A stretch of 64,000 bases of DNA from Octopus vulgaris (GCA_951406725.2 OX597828.1:4650001-4714000), one strand, 5' to 3'. Counted from the first letter of the stretch, positions 1 to 13,667 are shown. Numbers and translations are program-made. Notes: generated by a model not told the origin, from the letters alone.

Positions 1-1670
1 TTTTGAAAAATTATCCCTAGAAAATACACTGATGCAGAGATCATGCTAAAAGGATATGTATAGATGATGATAATTATGCTTCAAATTCTACATTTCTATT
101 CTTATATTTATGTTTGCACTATAAATATAGACAAAAAAATTAGGTTCCTGTCTCTGTATATTTGTCCTCTTCTGCAGAGAAGCGAGTTGCAGTCTGTACT
201 CTCGCACTGTGAGTCTAAAGCTACGCTACACGTATCTAAAATATTATACAAGCTCCTTTTTCATCGTGTGTTATGTATTTTTTTGTATGTTGCGCTACAT
301 TATATGAAATCATCTTTACTCTCAAATATATACTATAGTAGTGCACTGATCTACACATACTAGTATTAAAATGAAGAACACTTTTCATATACTAATTAAC
401 ACTTAGCAATATACAATTTACATCAGGGTTCCATTCTCGTCATTATAAACTTGTTTCGTAACAAAACAGATTGTGTCTTGTAAGAACTAATAATTATTAA
501 ATATATATTTCCCTCTCTTCATAATTTTGTTTATATTTTTAAAATTCAAGTAGCTATGTATTTGGTAGGAGATATTCTGTCCTCTCAAAATCGTGCGGAT
601 ATCAAATACTGGCATTATAAGAATTCCTTTTGTCTATTTTGAGATTCCTGAAATACCGCTAGTGTATAATTTGCATATATATTGGTATCGCTCTGCGCAA
701 AATATTTAATATATTGAGCAATAAATACACTATGCTATCCCTTCGTAGTCACTTATATATATAGATTATACTTTTGTTAGTAAAATATATTACTGGAATC
801 AACTGAAAGCAAACAGAGCTCCTTAATTTCCTGACTTGGTATTCAAAGTTAGGCGAATTTTAATTTGAATTCTGAAGACACTCTAAGATGAAATGAAATT
901 GCACTGTATTCCTGCTAACACTTCAGTTGGGGAAACATTACATTTGACAATTTCAAAAAAATATCATGTAACTTTTCGTTAGAATTCCTGAGTAAATGTT
1001 AAATGTAGAACGTTGCTATTTGCATGTAAAATAACAAGAAACAGCATGCATTTTCTAAGCTAGGTTCACTAACTTTTTGTGACAATGATACCAGACGTTA
1101 TAGCTAATGAGTAACACAATATTCTATTATTTCGCAATAGAAACGCCCTTTTTTTCCAGTCATTTTATACATCTAATAATGTCATTAGCTCTGGACATCT
1201 AAGTTAACAAGCCCAAATAAATAACAATACTATGTATTTCAAAGTTAGACTAACACATCAGATTAAACCTTATTTAACTATGAGAAAATTTATTTCCTTT
1301 ATTTTCTGTAGAATTAATTAATTATGATTTGAAGTTTGAGAAAATATAAAAAAAGGGTGGGTATTTTCTATTCACTTTTCCTATTTTGAAATTTGTGTGT
1401 TTGTCTGTAATGCAGTATCGAAAATAATTTTGTGTTACATAGTAATATAAGTAATATAAACAGCAATATAACATTGGCATAAATTTATTTCGAACTTAAA
1501 AGAGTACTCTGCTAGTCGCTAATATGATTGCTTTAATCAGTAACATCCTTCGATGATTATTGATCAAATCTTAGCGTCAATAAAGGATGAGAGAACTAAC
1601 GGAGTCTACTCAATATTCGCATAAAGTATTGTTGATCGGAGTGGAATATTAAAAAGAAAAAAAAATAGTA

Positions 1671-2637
1671 TTGAGTTATCAGATAAATTTTTTCGGTTAT
1701 TTCCTATGTTAAGTGAAGCGGTGTTCTTTCTCTACATGTATTCTTTTGCAGTGCCAAGTAGAAAAAATATGAGCATTTTCAAACATTTACATACTTCGTT
1801 CAGTTCTATATGGATAAATTGAATAGTTTCCTTTACAAGGATATGGACCAGTTCATTAAGGGTATTGATCCAATCGTTGGGATGTTCTTATGGCACCACC
1901 CACCGTCTCTTTCATTTGATGGGTAAGTTCCAAAAAAACGGATCATATGGGTGGGGGACACTCGTTCTGAACGAAACCGGTGAAGTCGATCGCTCTTTTA
2001 TTTCACCAGTTTCTTCCCTTGACACCAAGCTACAAATGAAGACAAAGAGTGATATCTTTACCGTATAGACAAAGGCGATGAAATATGTTGCTTTTATGTC
2101 AATATGAAGCAGAGGAAAAATGGCTGAGTATTGATAAGCAGGCAACATCTCAAGTCAAATTAGAGCTGCCTCAAATGAAGACAATGATCTGCGTTTTTTG
2201 TGGGATTGGGAAGTTTAATCAACTGCAAGCATACAAAGAAAAGGTTTGCGTTTATCAAATGCTCCGACTCAGCATATATGCTCCTTGAACGCAACGCTCA
2301 TCTGCAATTCAAAAATGATTTCCAAGAAATCGTTTGAAAATTTCTTTTGCATTCACCGTATTCTATAGAAAGAGCGATTTGAGACTGTTGTCATTTGCGG
2401 TCATTCTACAAAAGCCAACGAGGGGTTTCATTCAAAAACAATGTAGACCTGAAATCGCGTTTCGATAAATTCATTAAACCAAGGCCAGCTGATTTCTGCT
2501 ATCAAGACATTGATAAAGGTAGCGAACGAAAGCGCGCGACGTCATGAATAATGAGGGAGAATACATTATTAAGTGATTTATAAAAATTATGGCTCATATA
2601 AATGTTAAAAAAGGAAAGACTTTATCTGAGAAACCAA
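1671..2637 (+). mobile_element. Degenerate mariner (DD34D-type) transposon
   Basis: Imperfect TIRs ttgagttatcagataaa / tttatctgagaaaccaa with TA on both sides; decayed motifs GDE(KW) ~2075, KTMICVFWD ~2180 and HSPYS..A..DC.HL ~2350. Confidence 0.8.
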
Positions 2638-2843
2638 TATATAACAAGAGTTTAATATAACGAAATAGGCCCAGTTATATCTTAAGTCAGTACATATTGG
2701 AGCTAATCTGACTTTCGAGTTTTCTGGGGGTGTCCTCTACAACATTGAAATGGTAGGCATATGTTGATAGTTCACTTGTAAACTGGGGCGGTAATTGATA
2801 ACAATTTTAAATGTTTACCAAATTACAATATTTAAAACTATAA

Positions 2844-3053
2844 GGCGGTTAGCTAGCAGAATCGTCAGCACGCCGGGTAACATGCATAGCACCATTTCGT
2901 CTGTCCTTACGTTCTGAGTTCAAATTCCACCGAGGCCGACTTTATCTTTCATCGTTACGGAGTCAATAAAATAAGTACCAGGTGAGTACTTGGGTCAATA
3001 TAGTCGAATTACCTTTCCCCTGATCTCGCTGGCCTTGTGAAAAAATTGGAAAT
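2844..3053 (+). mobile_element. tRNA-derived SINE, family B (ggcggtgagctggcagaatcg...)
   Basis: A/B-box-like head (gagttcaaattcc); homologous to 20627 and 47108; 15-bp TSD caatatttaaaacta at 2826-2840 and 3054-3068. Confidence 0.85.
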
Positions 3054-4339
3054 CAATATTTAAAACTAATATGTGTATGTATGTGTGTGTGTTATCAGTC
3101 ACATATTTTTTTAATGAAAATTGTTATTAAACAGAACATGCAGCTATATTGTACTTTATTTGTAATGATCAGATTTTAAAGAAATAAAAGTCAAAGCTTA
3201 ACAATTATGCAAAAAATATCAACATAACTCAGTAAATCTAGAACGAAAAACAGTTTTGTTCTTCATATAAGCAGCATTATTATACATACACTGATTTAAA
3301 ATCAAAACTTTAATAATATACGAGAAATGCATTTGGTTTCCTTGTATTAACGAACAGCTGTGAGCATTGCTATTTTTGTGTAGCAGTCGTAATACTAAAG
3401 AAGAATGAAATTAAGCCAAAACCTTAATTGGATTTTTACATGAAAGCATATGTAACTCATAAAAATAACAGGAGGAAGACACAACAATCACAAAGATAGC
3501 AAAAAATAGTTAGTTTAGGATTGTGTGTGTTGTAATTCAAATAACATGTTAGGTGGGTGTAACAAATGGATGTTTTAACTCCTACTTTTAAATGCACCTG
3601 CGAAATGGGAGGAAATATTCTTTTCACTTCATTAATTCACATGATATTAAATTAGATAGAAAATTTATCCAAAACATTATAAAGGTTAAAACATAAGACA
3701 GAAAATAAAAAGAACACAGCCAGTTATATGCTCAATAAATCACGGAATACTGCAATTAAAATGAATAAAAAATACCATATATATTCTATGCTATTATTTT
3801 CAAACATAAAGCTTGTAAAGTTGCGATGTGACATTCCACATCTGCTCAGACATTCATTTACATCGAACCGAGTTACACTAGCATTTATGCACACGCGCAG
3901 ACGCACAGACAACTGCGCAAATGCATATTTAGAGATGTTTATATGTGTGTGTGCGAGTGGGTTTGTGGCTGTGTGTGTATATATGCGTGCGTAGTGTATG
4001 TATATGAGTGTCTGTGTGCATCAATTAATTCCATATTGAAGGCTCACCTGCATTTAATATGTTTCGTACACCGATATTTGATTATGCTATTTCATATTTG
4101 AATGGATAACGTTATTTACTTTTGTTGTTCTTTTTCATTTGCGTCTCCTCTCTCTTTCTCTTTTACTCTCTCTCTCTCTACGTCTATTTTTCTCTTTCTT
4201 TAACTCCCTCTGTCTGTGTGTGTATATATATATATATATTTTTATGTGTGTGTGTGCATGTATCTATATACACACACGCGCGCTTGCACTCACGCATACA
4301 CAAATATGCATACATAATATACATTTGCACTATTGTTGT

Positions 4340-4650
4340 TGAGGAGGTCGTTTTGCATCCACAAGGTCCTGAGCGTAATACAGCTATGTTCCATTGTAGA
4401 CAAGTGAGTGCCATTTTCTATAGCCTTGTGTGAACTCTTCTTATATGAGTGCAATTAAATGGAGCGCAACCTTGTAAAAGGATTGTTCCTGCAGTACAAA
4501 GGCCTAGCTTAATACTCCGTGTCACAGTGATTCCCTGTGAGAATACATAATTATATTAACGGTCCACATCACTTATAGGCTGTTTCAAAGAGACTTCATA
4601 TTCTGATGATCGAAGGATTGGAACCCGGTAGACAAAATCTGACCGAGATC
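4340..4650 (+). mobile_element. Old SINE related to 39110-39438
   Basis: Weak similarity (ggcctagc..actccgtgtcacagtg..gagaa..ggtccacat) to the 39110 copy. Confidence 0.35.
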
Positions 4651-4743
4651 TAAAGTGTAATAATATTAAAACACACAAACACACACGCACATACACACAC
4701 TAACACACACATACACACACTCCAACATGCCCATAAATACATA

Positions 4744-5000
4744 TTGGGTTGGTGTATAATTATTGCGGCTTTTTTTTTTTTTACCCAATTTTATTCAACA
4801 AAAACAATAACAACATGTAACAAAACACAGTTTAAAAGATTATTCCGGAGCGTATTCATCATCACCTTCACTAACTGCTTCCCATTTGCTTGGCAGACGG
4901 TCAGACCGTCATTTAAAGATATTTTTTATTAAATATTGTTATTGTTTTTGTTGAATAAAATTTACTGAAAAAAAGCCGCAATAATTATGCACCAACCCAA
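4744..5000. mobile_element. Mariner-derived MITE / internal deletion derivative
   Basis: ~78-bp inverted termini beginning ttgggttggtg(t/c)ataattattgcgg (Hsmar1-like); TA TSD; interior on the minus strand encodes a transposase C-terminus LPSKWEAVSEGDDEY. Confidence 0.85.
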
Positions 5001-5063
5001 TATATACGTAGATTTAGATGAAAATACACACACACACACTTACATACATACACACACACACAC

Positions 5064-5152
<89 letters not shown>

Positions 5153-5199
5153 TAAATGAAAGAATGGAGTCGAACGAAGATGTTAACAAAATTCCTTTA

Positions 5200-5281
5200 C
5201 TCTCGACACATGTTTCGAAGACAGCATATTTTCGTTCCAAAGGAATAAAGGGTGCATTATGCAATCTTCTCATCAGGAAAG
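5200..5281 (-). ncRNA. Type I hammerhead ribozyme in PLE 3' region
   Basis: ctttc-CTGATGA-gaaga...tcttc-GAAA-catgt-GTC-gagag; stems I, II and a short III all pair. Confidence 0.8.
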
Positions 5282-5744
5282 AAAGGGACCCTCTCTCGAC
5301 AACAAGACAAACAAAAATTTTGATGATTGCCTACATGGCAAACAAAGCGATAATGAGTGTTTTTTTTTAAAAATCCGTTAGAAGAAACGACGTCAAAAAT
5401 GGATAGTAGGAGGAAATAATAATAGTTAGGGAACAGTATGTTTGTTGTATGTATGGAAATGTGTGGGTGTGTGCTTGTGTTAATGAGTGCGAGTGTTTGT
5501 GTGTGTGTATTTGTGTGTGTATAACTGCATTTGTGTCTGTGTGTATGATTGTGTGAGTGAGAGAGAGAGACATACGTCAAAGATAGATATTAGGAAGGGA
5601 AGGTATAAGGAATAATAGGTAGGGAACAAGTGGAGAGGAAAGTGTACGTTGATTGAAAGAATGTTCGAAGGCTTAGGAAAGAATTTCTCTATAGCAGTGG
5701 GGTGGACGTGAAGCTAATTGTTCAAACCACAGTGACTATCGTTG

Positions 5745-7620
5745 TCATTTATATGAGTAGAAAGTGTGTTTCTGCCAGTGTTTACATTTGTACGTTTTTT
5801 CTATGAGTGTGTTTACTAGGGGAACCTTAGCGAAAAGAATATGGAAGTGTTCAGAGTTACAAATGTTACAAAATCTCCTGCCCTTATCAAAAGGAAAGGA
5901 TACAGACAATATGAACCAACCTAACTTGAAAATTATATTGTTGTCTTTAAGACGCCAAACTAATTTACTTAGCCCTGTACTATGTCGTTATTTCCTATCC
6001 CTGAATGTTGAATAGTGGTTTGAAATTCTCTTGGATAACTGGGAAGTGGAGGCTCCTATATAGAAGAAAACATCGGTACCGGAAGTAATTCTACACTGGT
6101 AAATGGAATTCTTAATCTTAGAATTACTAGACAAAAATTTAATTCTGTTGGGGTTGTCCTCCGAGATTGAGACGAAGTTTTTATTGTTATGATTGTTGTT
6201 ACTATTATTATTAGCGCTAACACCTACACTATTTCTATTATTATTAGTATTATTAATGGTATTACAACCGACAATAATACCGTTATTGTTGTTACCATTG
6301 TTATTAACACGACTAATACTATTATTAATAATATCATTGTTAACAATTTCGCTGCTACTAATGCTGCTACTATTAATACTATTCCTATTATTATGATTGT
6401 ATGATGGGTTGGAATTAGCAAGATTAGTGTTAGAACTCCCGGGTGAAGAATCTTTGTCTAGCAGCTTGGTATTGTGGGAAGATATAATTTGTGAAAGATT
6501 CCTAGTGTTAGAGAAAGCTATTCTGACCTTGTGTGAATTGATAATAGAATGATATCTAGAATTTATGGGAAAGTTCCTAGCAACGGCTTCACGGAACTGT
6601 AAGGGAAGGTTCGATTTAATTTGTTTTCGGAAAGGTATTACAAACCAGATATAGTTTTTTGTGGCCTTTGAAATATTCTTAGTGTTGTTTGTGATAGTAA
6701 GGGGGAAATTTCTGGGTTGGAAATTTGGGGTTGCATGGCGCTTACCTCCCCTAGTCCGTAAAGAATTTATTTTATGTACAGGGTTGCTGGCACTATTCGA
6801 ATTGAAATCATTATTCCTATTTCGAGTAACTTTATTATCTGGAGAAGCAGATGTTGGTTTAGAATGAGCTGGGTCGATGTATGACACTTTCTCTTTATAA
6901 CCGGCTCTTGACAAGGCGGCGTTATAGAAGTCTGGCTTTTGGTTAAATATGTCGACATTAGCAGATAATTTAGACAGTGTCAGAGCTATGTTATTAACTA
7001 AATTATCGGTAATTGGCTTGGCATGATTACTGAAAATGCTGATATACTTAAGATTAGTGGAAGGTTTATGATAAGAGAAGTATGAGTTATTCTGCAGATT
7101 GAATGTAATGTCCAAGAAGTTGGCATTAGTTAATTCATCGTCAAAAACTATGCGCAAGCCCATTCTACTAAAAAACCTAACTAATCTGTTCTTAACCTTC
7201 TGTATTTTTTTGGTTCGAAACGTTTTGGAGGTAAAGCAGACAATCGTCGCGATACAGACCTCCACAGATGTCCGGGAATTGGTCGGCCATTTCATAAAGA
7301 ATATAAATTCCGACCAAATCGGCTATCTGGGCGCTGTCTGTACTTCCCATTAGTACATCAAACGCATTAGAGGTATCTCTACGGACTCACAACTTGCTAT
7401 CGAACTGGAGGAAAGATTTCCTAGCAGTCAATATCACACTAATTTCCTCCCTGGAGAGGCCTGCCTTATTGTGTGCGTGCCATAGGGCCTTATTAAGTAT
7501 AATAGGGTTGATTGAAGGATAGAAACTAGATATATCGAATTGGATAAATTTAGTGTTGGCCTTATCAGTAATAGAAGAAAACCAATCTACGACTTGAACA
7601 GAATTGGACCATAAGCTAAG
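5745..7620 (-). pseudogene. PLE reverse transcriptase + GIY-YIG endonuclease, disrupted
   Basis: FIQFDISSFYPSI, FDVLMGSTDSAQIADLVG, GLYRDD, ANFLDITF, SIYQC...FYIG...KRISNH; after the TAA at 5988-5990 the frame continues STGLSKLVWRLK...CNICNSE...CKH to TGA at 5745; frameshift near 7240. Confidence 0.9.
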
Positions 7621-7885
7621 TTTTGATTTATTAATTTATTAATTAATTAATTAACATGTGTCGAGAGTAAAGGAATTTTGTTAACATCTTCGTTCGACTC
7701 CATTCTTTCATTTATTCATATACAACTCACAAATTTCTACACATGAACCCGGAGTTTCTACCCTGGACAGGTCGCTTCAACCGTGTTTTCTGACGTGAAT
7801 TTGCTACCCAGGTTTCGGTTAAACAAATTTTCCATGCTGACAATAAACATAGGATAATTCATTCACCTACATATATATATATATA

Positions 7886-8220
7886 AGTAACAATAAAGGG
7901 TGAAATTAATTAATTTGGAATAATTATCAATTACACCAAGTAGATTTCGGCATGTAAAAGCCTCATTCGAGGAAAATTTAAGTAATACTAAGCAATTAAG
8001 GGTTTAGTAACGAATTGCCTCACCAACACACCGAATTTAGAAATAGCAGTCAAAGAGATATAGCTATTCCTTCTACTAAAAGGGAGATCTCAGTAAAAAC
8101 ACAGCACTTGAGATCTCCCTTTTAGTAGAAGGAATAGCTATATCTCTTTGACTGCTATTTCTAAATTCGGTGTGTTGGTGAGGCAATTCGTTGCTAAACC
8201 CTTAATTGCTTAGTATTACT
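7886..8220. mobile_element. TA-embedded fold-back element, family A
   Basis: 112-bp arms 7981-8092 / 8109-8220 with about one mismatch; similar to 11739 and 52633. Confidence 0.8.
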
Positions 8221-8289
8221 ATATATATATATATATATATATTAACATATATACACAAACTCACGCATAAACTCTCACACGTATAAATG

Positions 8290-9176
8290 ATTTACTTTTT
8301 AAATGATGAGCTGGAAAATGTAGTGCAAGCGAACACATGGCAAACTACGCGGCATAAGTTCAAGGTTTGATGTTTCGATTCCAAATATGTTGGACTGACT
8401 GAAACAAATGAGCAAGGTAAAAAGTGCTTGAAAGGTGGATGCCACACGAACTGAACGAGCATCAAATGACACGTCGTCTTGAAATTTACTGTTCTTTGTT
8501 TTCCCAGCATAAAAATGAACAATTTTTACATCGTTTTGTTACATGTGATGAAAAATGGATTCATTTCCACAATAGGAAGCGTTCAACAATAGGAAGAGAG
8601 AAGTAGTAGTACTTAAACACAATCCAAAGTAGAATATTCACCAAAAAATGCTAATGCTGTCTGTTTGGTGGGTCACCACTGTTGTCATCAACTACGGCTT
8701 CTTGAGATCTGGTAAGCGGATGTAAACATCAACCATTTTGGTGAAATGATGAGGGAATTTGCAATTAAACGAACCGAGATTGGTCAACAGAGAGAGGCCA
8801 AATTACTTGCAAGACAATGCTCGACCACATGTTGCAGAAAGAACGCTACTCAAATTACAGGAACTGAAGTGGGAAGAACACTATCATCCCCCATACTGAC
8901 CAAACCTTGCACTAACTGACTATTACCTTTTCCAGGCATTAGAAAACATTTCGTTGGGGAATAAAACTGCAAATCTGAAGAAGATGCAAAAAAAGCCTTT
9001 CGTGACTTTATCACCTTTTGCCTCCAGTATTCTTCGGAGCTGGCATAAATAAGCTACCGATGAAATGGCAAAATAATTTTGGTGCATACTTTGAGTTACG
9101 GCATTGCTTTTTGTTGAGATAAAGTAAAATAAGCTTTCAGCTCAAAATTGGACATTTCATTCTTAATGAACTGATA
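8290..9176 (+). mobile_element. Mariner transposase relic, 5'-truncated
   Basis: WMPHEL, VTCDEKWI, LQDNARPH, HPPY*PNLALTDYYLF; TIR-like end at ~9150-9176. Confidence 0.85.
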
Positions 9177-11076
9177 CAAGTGTTAAGATGAGATGGCAGT
9201 ATTATTTTTATTTTTGCGTAATTTAGACAATATATTCATCCTACCCTGTATATATATATATATATATACAGGATGAGGTGAATATATATTCATAATATAT
9301 ATATACATAAATGTGTCTATATATCTGAAGAAACATATGTGCATCTATGTATATGTGCAAAATATAGAGACACATATACATATATATGTGTGTGCGATTG
9401 TGTGTGTAAGTGTGTGATTGTGTGTGGGTGTGTGAGTGCGTGCATAAAGATTATTATTTTCAGTAGGTAGTGGGGATACGCTGAGAAAATATTCAGTAAA
9501 CTTCCAGCATGTATTACCACCATAAATATACTATGTATAGGCATGACATCCATGGTGATAAACAATTAGGCTTTGCCCAGTCACGCGATGTTACACAATT
9601 ACGAAACAACCACTTCTGCCCCATCCTCCATCACTACCACAGTGGATCTAAAATTACTGCTTCAAATTTTATCTTTATTTGTAAAAATGATTCTATTTTG
9701 CATGTTTCTATTACTAAACTGTGTAAATGTTTGTGTTACAAATTTGAAGACTTTTAATCGAATAAATAAATAAACTTTCCTCATTATGTTTTTCATTATT
9801 ATGTTTTTCCTCATTATGTTTTTCATATCCCTATCATACTGGACAGAATCTTGGAACTGAAACCGAGGCTCTGTGATCAGAAAATAAACTTTTTGACAAT
9901 GATGTATGCTGCATTTAAAACTGTTTTGTGGATATTGCTGGCGAAATTTCCCCGAATAGAATATAACACTAGCACAATTTCTTCAATTGTATAATTTTAA
10001 GTTATGTTCGTGTGGCAATACTTCACAGTTGCAACATGTCTGTGAGAGACGTTACATTTTGGTAATGGTAACGTTATTAATGAGATCAGTTATAACATTA
10101 TAAATATCAATGTCAATTATAAACATGTTAATTAGCAGCAATACAATTTGAAACAATTAATACGAGTAAATATATTATCAACAATGACTAATTGAAAATA
10201 ATTTATAAAGAATTAAAAATTAAATTCTGCTGAATCCACAAAAACATTTTCTTTTAGAAATAATTAGATTAAAGAAAATACTTAAATTATTTCTAGAATG
10301 TTATCTATAGACATGAACTAATCAATAAATTCGAGTGAACTTGTTAACATACACAGAAAAATCCTCTCCGAAAATAAACAATTGCAAAGCTAGCCATGAC
10401 TTACGAAAGAGTTATGATGTGAAGAGTAGTTGAAGTGTGTTAGCGGATATATATATATATGTGTGTGTGTGTGTGTATGCGTATATGTGTGTGTGTGTGC
10501 ATGTGTGTGAGTATGTGCGTTTGTGTGGGTGTGTGTTTAATGTATGTTTATCTATATCTATATATATATTCATATATGTACATATATACATATACATACA
10601 TATATATATAGATAGATATACATACACTATATATGTATTCTATATATATATATATATATATAGTGTATGTATATCTATCTATATATATGTATATATAGAT
10701 AGATATACATACACTATATATATATATGCATGCATACGCACATATATTTATATACACGCATATATACAATTTACAATTCATATTACAGATACAAGTCTTA
10801 GCTGCATTTCTATATTTACCGCTTTTATATCATGTATTTAAAAAAGCTTCAGTTTCATTTCTTTGTTATTTTCTTTTTGTTTTTCTGTATTATATGATTA
10901 ACGCTGTCGCATTTATTGGTGATATGGTTAAATTTGTAATATTTCAGTATTTAAAAAGTTCAACGAGGATCCGGTGTTTTAAAGTTTATAGTTTGTATTA
11001 CGAATATGTATAGGGGTTTCATAATATATAATAGATAATATTTTAGTTAATAATGTTTACCACGCGTATACATACA

Positions 11077-11113
<37 letters not shown>

Positions 11114-11160
11114 GCTTGTGTGTGTGTGCGTGTGTATCCGTCAACATATACATACATACA

Positions 11161-11210
<50 letters not shown>

Positions 11211-11211
11211 A

Positions 11212-11492
11212 GCGCAGGAGTGGCTGTGTCGTAAGTAGCTTGCTTACCAACCAGATGGTTCCAGGTTCAATACCACTGTCTGGCACCCTAGGCACGTGTT
11301 TTACTGTAGCCTAGGGCCGACCAAAGCCTTGTAACTCGATTTGGTAGATAGAAAATGAAAGAAGCCCGTCGTATGTATATGTATGTGTGTGTGAGTTTTG
11401 TCCCCTACCATCGCTTGATGACCGATGTTGGTGTGTTTACGTCCCCTCAACTTAGCAGTTCGTCTAAAATATCGATAGAATAAGTACTAGGC
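11212..11492 (+). mobile_element. tRNA-derived SINE, family A (ggagtggctgtgtggtaagtagcttgct...)
   Basis: Pol III-like head, internal microsatellite, shared body with 21822 and 30380. Confidence 0.85.
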
Positions 11493-11561
11493 ATATACCG
11501 ATAGACATCATAGAAGAACAGAATGGAATAAGCGGAGCAAGAGCACATGCAAAAAATGTAA

Positions 11562-11607
11562 AGTTTCGCTGAAGAAGTCACAGATGTCTGACGAAATATT
11601 TCCTGAC
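11562..11607 (+). ncRNA. Degenerate hammerhead-like motif
   Basis: CTGAAGA-a-gtca...tgac-GAAA-tat-TTC; stem I poor. Confidence 0.35.
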
Positions 11608-11738
11608 AATGGACATGAGTTAGAATTATAGCTGTAACAAACGAGTGAAGAACGAATATATAATGCGTGTGTTTTATTTTTTACTAAAAAAAGTGCCCAT
11701 ACCGAAATACAACTATATATTTATATACATATATATAT

Positions 11739-12258
11739 TGTCAATAATAATAAGGGTAAAATTAATTAATTAATAATTAATTAATAATTAATGATTTTAC
11801 CAAGCAGTGTTCAGTATGTTAAAAATGACCATTTACGGTATATTTAAACATTACTTTATATAATTAAGCAAAAAAATACTTTACCACACACCCAACTTTT
11901 AGAAATAGCAGCCAATAATTTAGCTATTTCTCCTAGTATAAGAAGAGTTTCCCAGATAATGTATACTCAAAAACAATTCACGTAGGCATAGAGGGAAAAG
12001 GCCTTGCAACGAGAATTATCCTCGACACTTCTCTTTCAAAAGCGAAGAGTCCTGTCTGAGAGCCCTGTTCAACCTGGATGAGGTGATGTGGACTCCCTCC
12101 ACTCTCTAGTGAATTGCATAATGAATCTATTAACTGTAAAAAGCGGGACCTCAAGATTTTCTGCGATTTTAGGTTAAGTCCAACTTAACCCACAATATGG
12201 CCTCATTGAAATTCAAGCATTTCCAAGGTTTCTTTTATCCATAGCATGATTAACAAGT
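11739..12258 (-). mobile_element. TA-embedded element, family A (single arm)
   Basis: Homology to 7886 and 52633 (aagggtaaaattaattaatt...accaag; tagaaatagcagccaa; ttcacgtag). Confidence 0.7.
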
Positions 12259-12384
12259 CACACACACACACTCACATGCAAGCACACACACACACTCACA
12301 CGCAAGCACACACACACACACATACACGCACACACACACACGCACTATATTGTATTATATTTTATGTTATATGTGTGTAGCTAG

Positions 12385-12407
12385 ATAGGTAGATAGATAG
12401 AAAGACT

Positions 12408-12473
<66 letters not shown>

Positions 12474-12498
12474 CAGATAGACAGACTGATAAACAGAC

Positions 12499-12582
<84 letters not shown>

Positions 12583-12607
12583 TGATTGATTGATAGATAG
12601 ATAGATA
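12385..12607. repeat. (GATA)n microsatellite
   Basis: Direct reading. Confidence 0.95.
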
Positions 12608-12609
12608 AG

Positions 12610-12990
12610 TTTCCTTATTGGCCACACAGGGCTGCACACAGATGGGACAAGTTACAAGGTAGAGCTTTTCTTTTGGGGGATGAAAAAAACAAAAAAACAA
12701 AAGAAACAAAAAAAAGGAGTGGCGTAGGTTTTCGATCAAAAGGGATCGTAAAAGGGAAGAAAAGAACAAAAAATAAATAAATAAAAAAAGAAGGAAAGGA
12801 AAAGGAACAAAAGAAAAGAGAAATGAAAAAAAAGAAAAAAAAGGGAAAAAAAGGGGAAGAGGAAAAAACGATCAATAGTGATCGTGTATCACAGTGTTAT
12901 GATATATGGTGTAAAGGGGAAAGCAAGTAAGGTTTATCCGTGGGAAGAAAAGCTTACGAAAAAGACCACGGTAACCTTGGTCAATATTGT
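12610..12990 (-). mobile_element. Probable LINE (L1/Tx1-like) 3' UTR next to (GATA)n
   Basis: T-rich UTR on the minus strand ending aataaggaaa at the GATA tract; family assignment from recall. Confidence 0.4.
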
Positions 12991-13554
12991 TATGATAGAT
13001 AGATATTTACCCACACATACACATAAATTTTGCGCTATGAGAAAACTAATGCAGTTTCAGACTTCTGATAAAAGCAAATAATGAATGGAGGAATATATTT
13101 TGTTGCTATTTAAATCTAGCTGCAGAAGGTTTAAATCATTAATCAAATCCGTAGACTGATCTAAAACTTCTATCTAATTATCAATTAATCAAATTATGAA
13201 CGTTTGGAAACTTGAGTTATAATATATATGTACTAAGACTTCACAAATGACAGAAGGATAACTAAAACCTATTAACCATTAATTGGAATGGAAACGAAAC
13301 AAAAATATTGTCCGTGTTCCGTCTGTGTTGAACATTGCGATTTAGATGATAGATTGATTGATTTAGAAACTAATTCATGATTCAAGCAGTATTAATGAGA
13401 ACTTTCTTATTTTCCGTGAAAGAGAAATCCTGGAATATATTTAACGGAGTCATGTCAGATAATTAATATTATCAGTGTGCACTATTTTGTAATTCAGCAA
13501 TGCATAACCCTGATGTATGTATGTATGCATGCAATCATGCATGTGTGTATGTAC

Positions 13555-13611
<57 letters not shown>

Positions 13612-13667
13612 TATATATGTATTATGTACGTATGTATGAATGTATGTATGTATGTATGTAGATAATA

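Larger units (their letters stand above)
5149..7870 (-). mobile_element. Penelope-like retroelement (Naiad-like), 5'-truncated, with inverted pseudo-LTR, inserted in (TA)n
   Basis: RT and GIY-YIG coding relic; ~65-bp perfect inverted repeat 5149-5213 / 7653-7720; hammerhead near the 3' end; TA tracts on both sides. Confidence 0.9.

Noticed and set aside
5988-7392. Selenocysteine read-through in the Naiad-like ORF (reported for some Naiads)
   Set aside because: The internal stop at 5988 is TAA, and the TGA near 7388 falls where Trp is expected; both look like ordinary nonsense mutations
9230-9288. Small palindrome around (TA)n
   Set aside because: Arms ~18 bp and imperfect; no family or function assignable
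10412-11314. ORFs rich in YI/CV/HT/LSIY/N repeats here and throughout the window
   Set aside because: Translations of (TA)n, (CA)n, (GATA)n and (AAT)n microsatellites
12015-12090. Hammerhead in the 11739 copy (minus strand GAAA...GTC-gagg)
   Set aside because: No CUGANGA or stem I partner found
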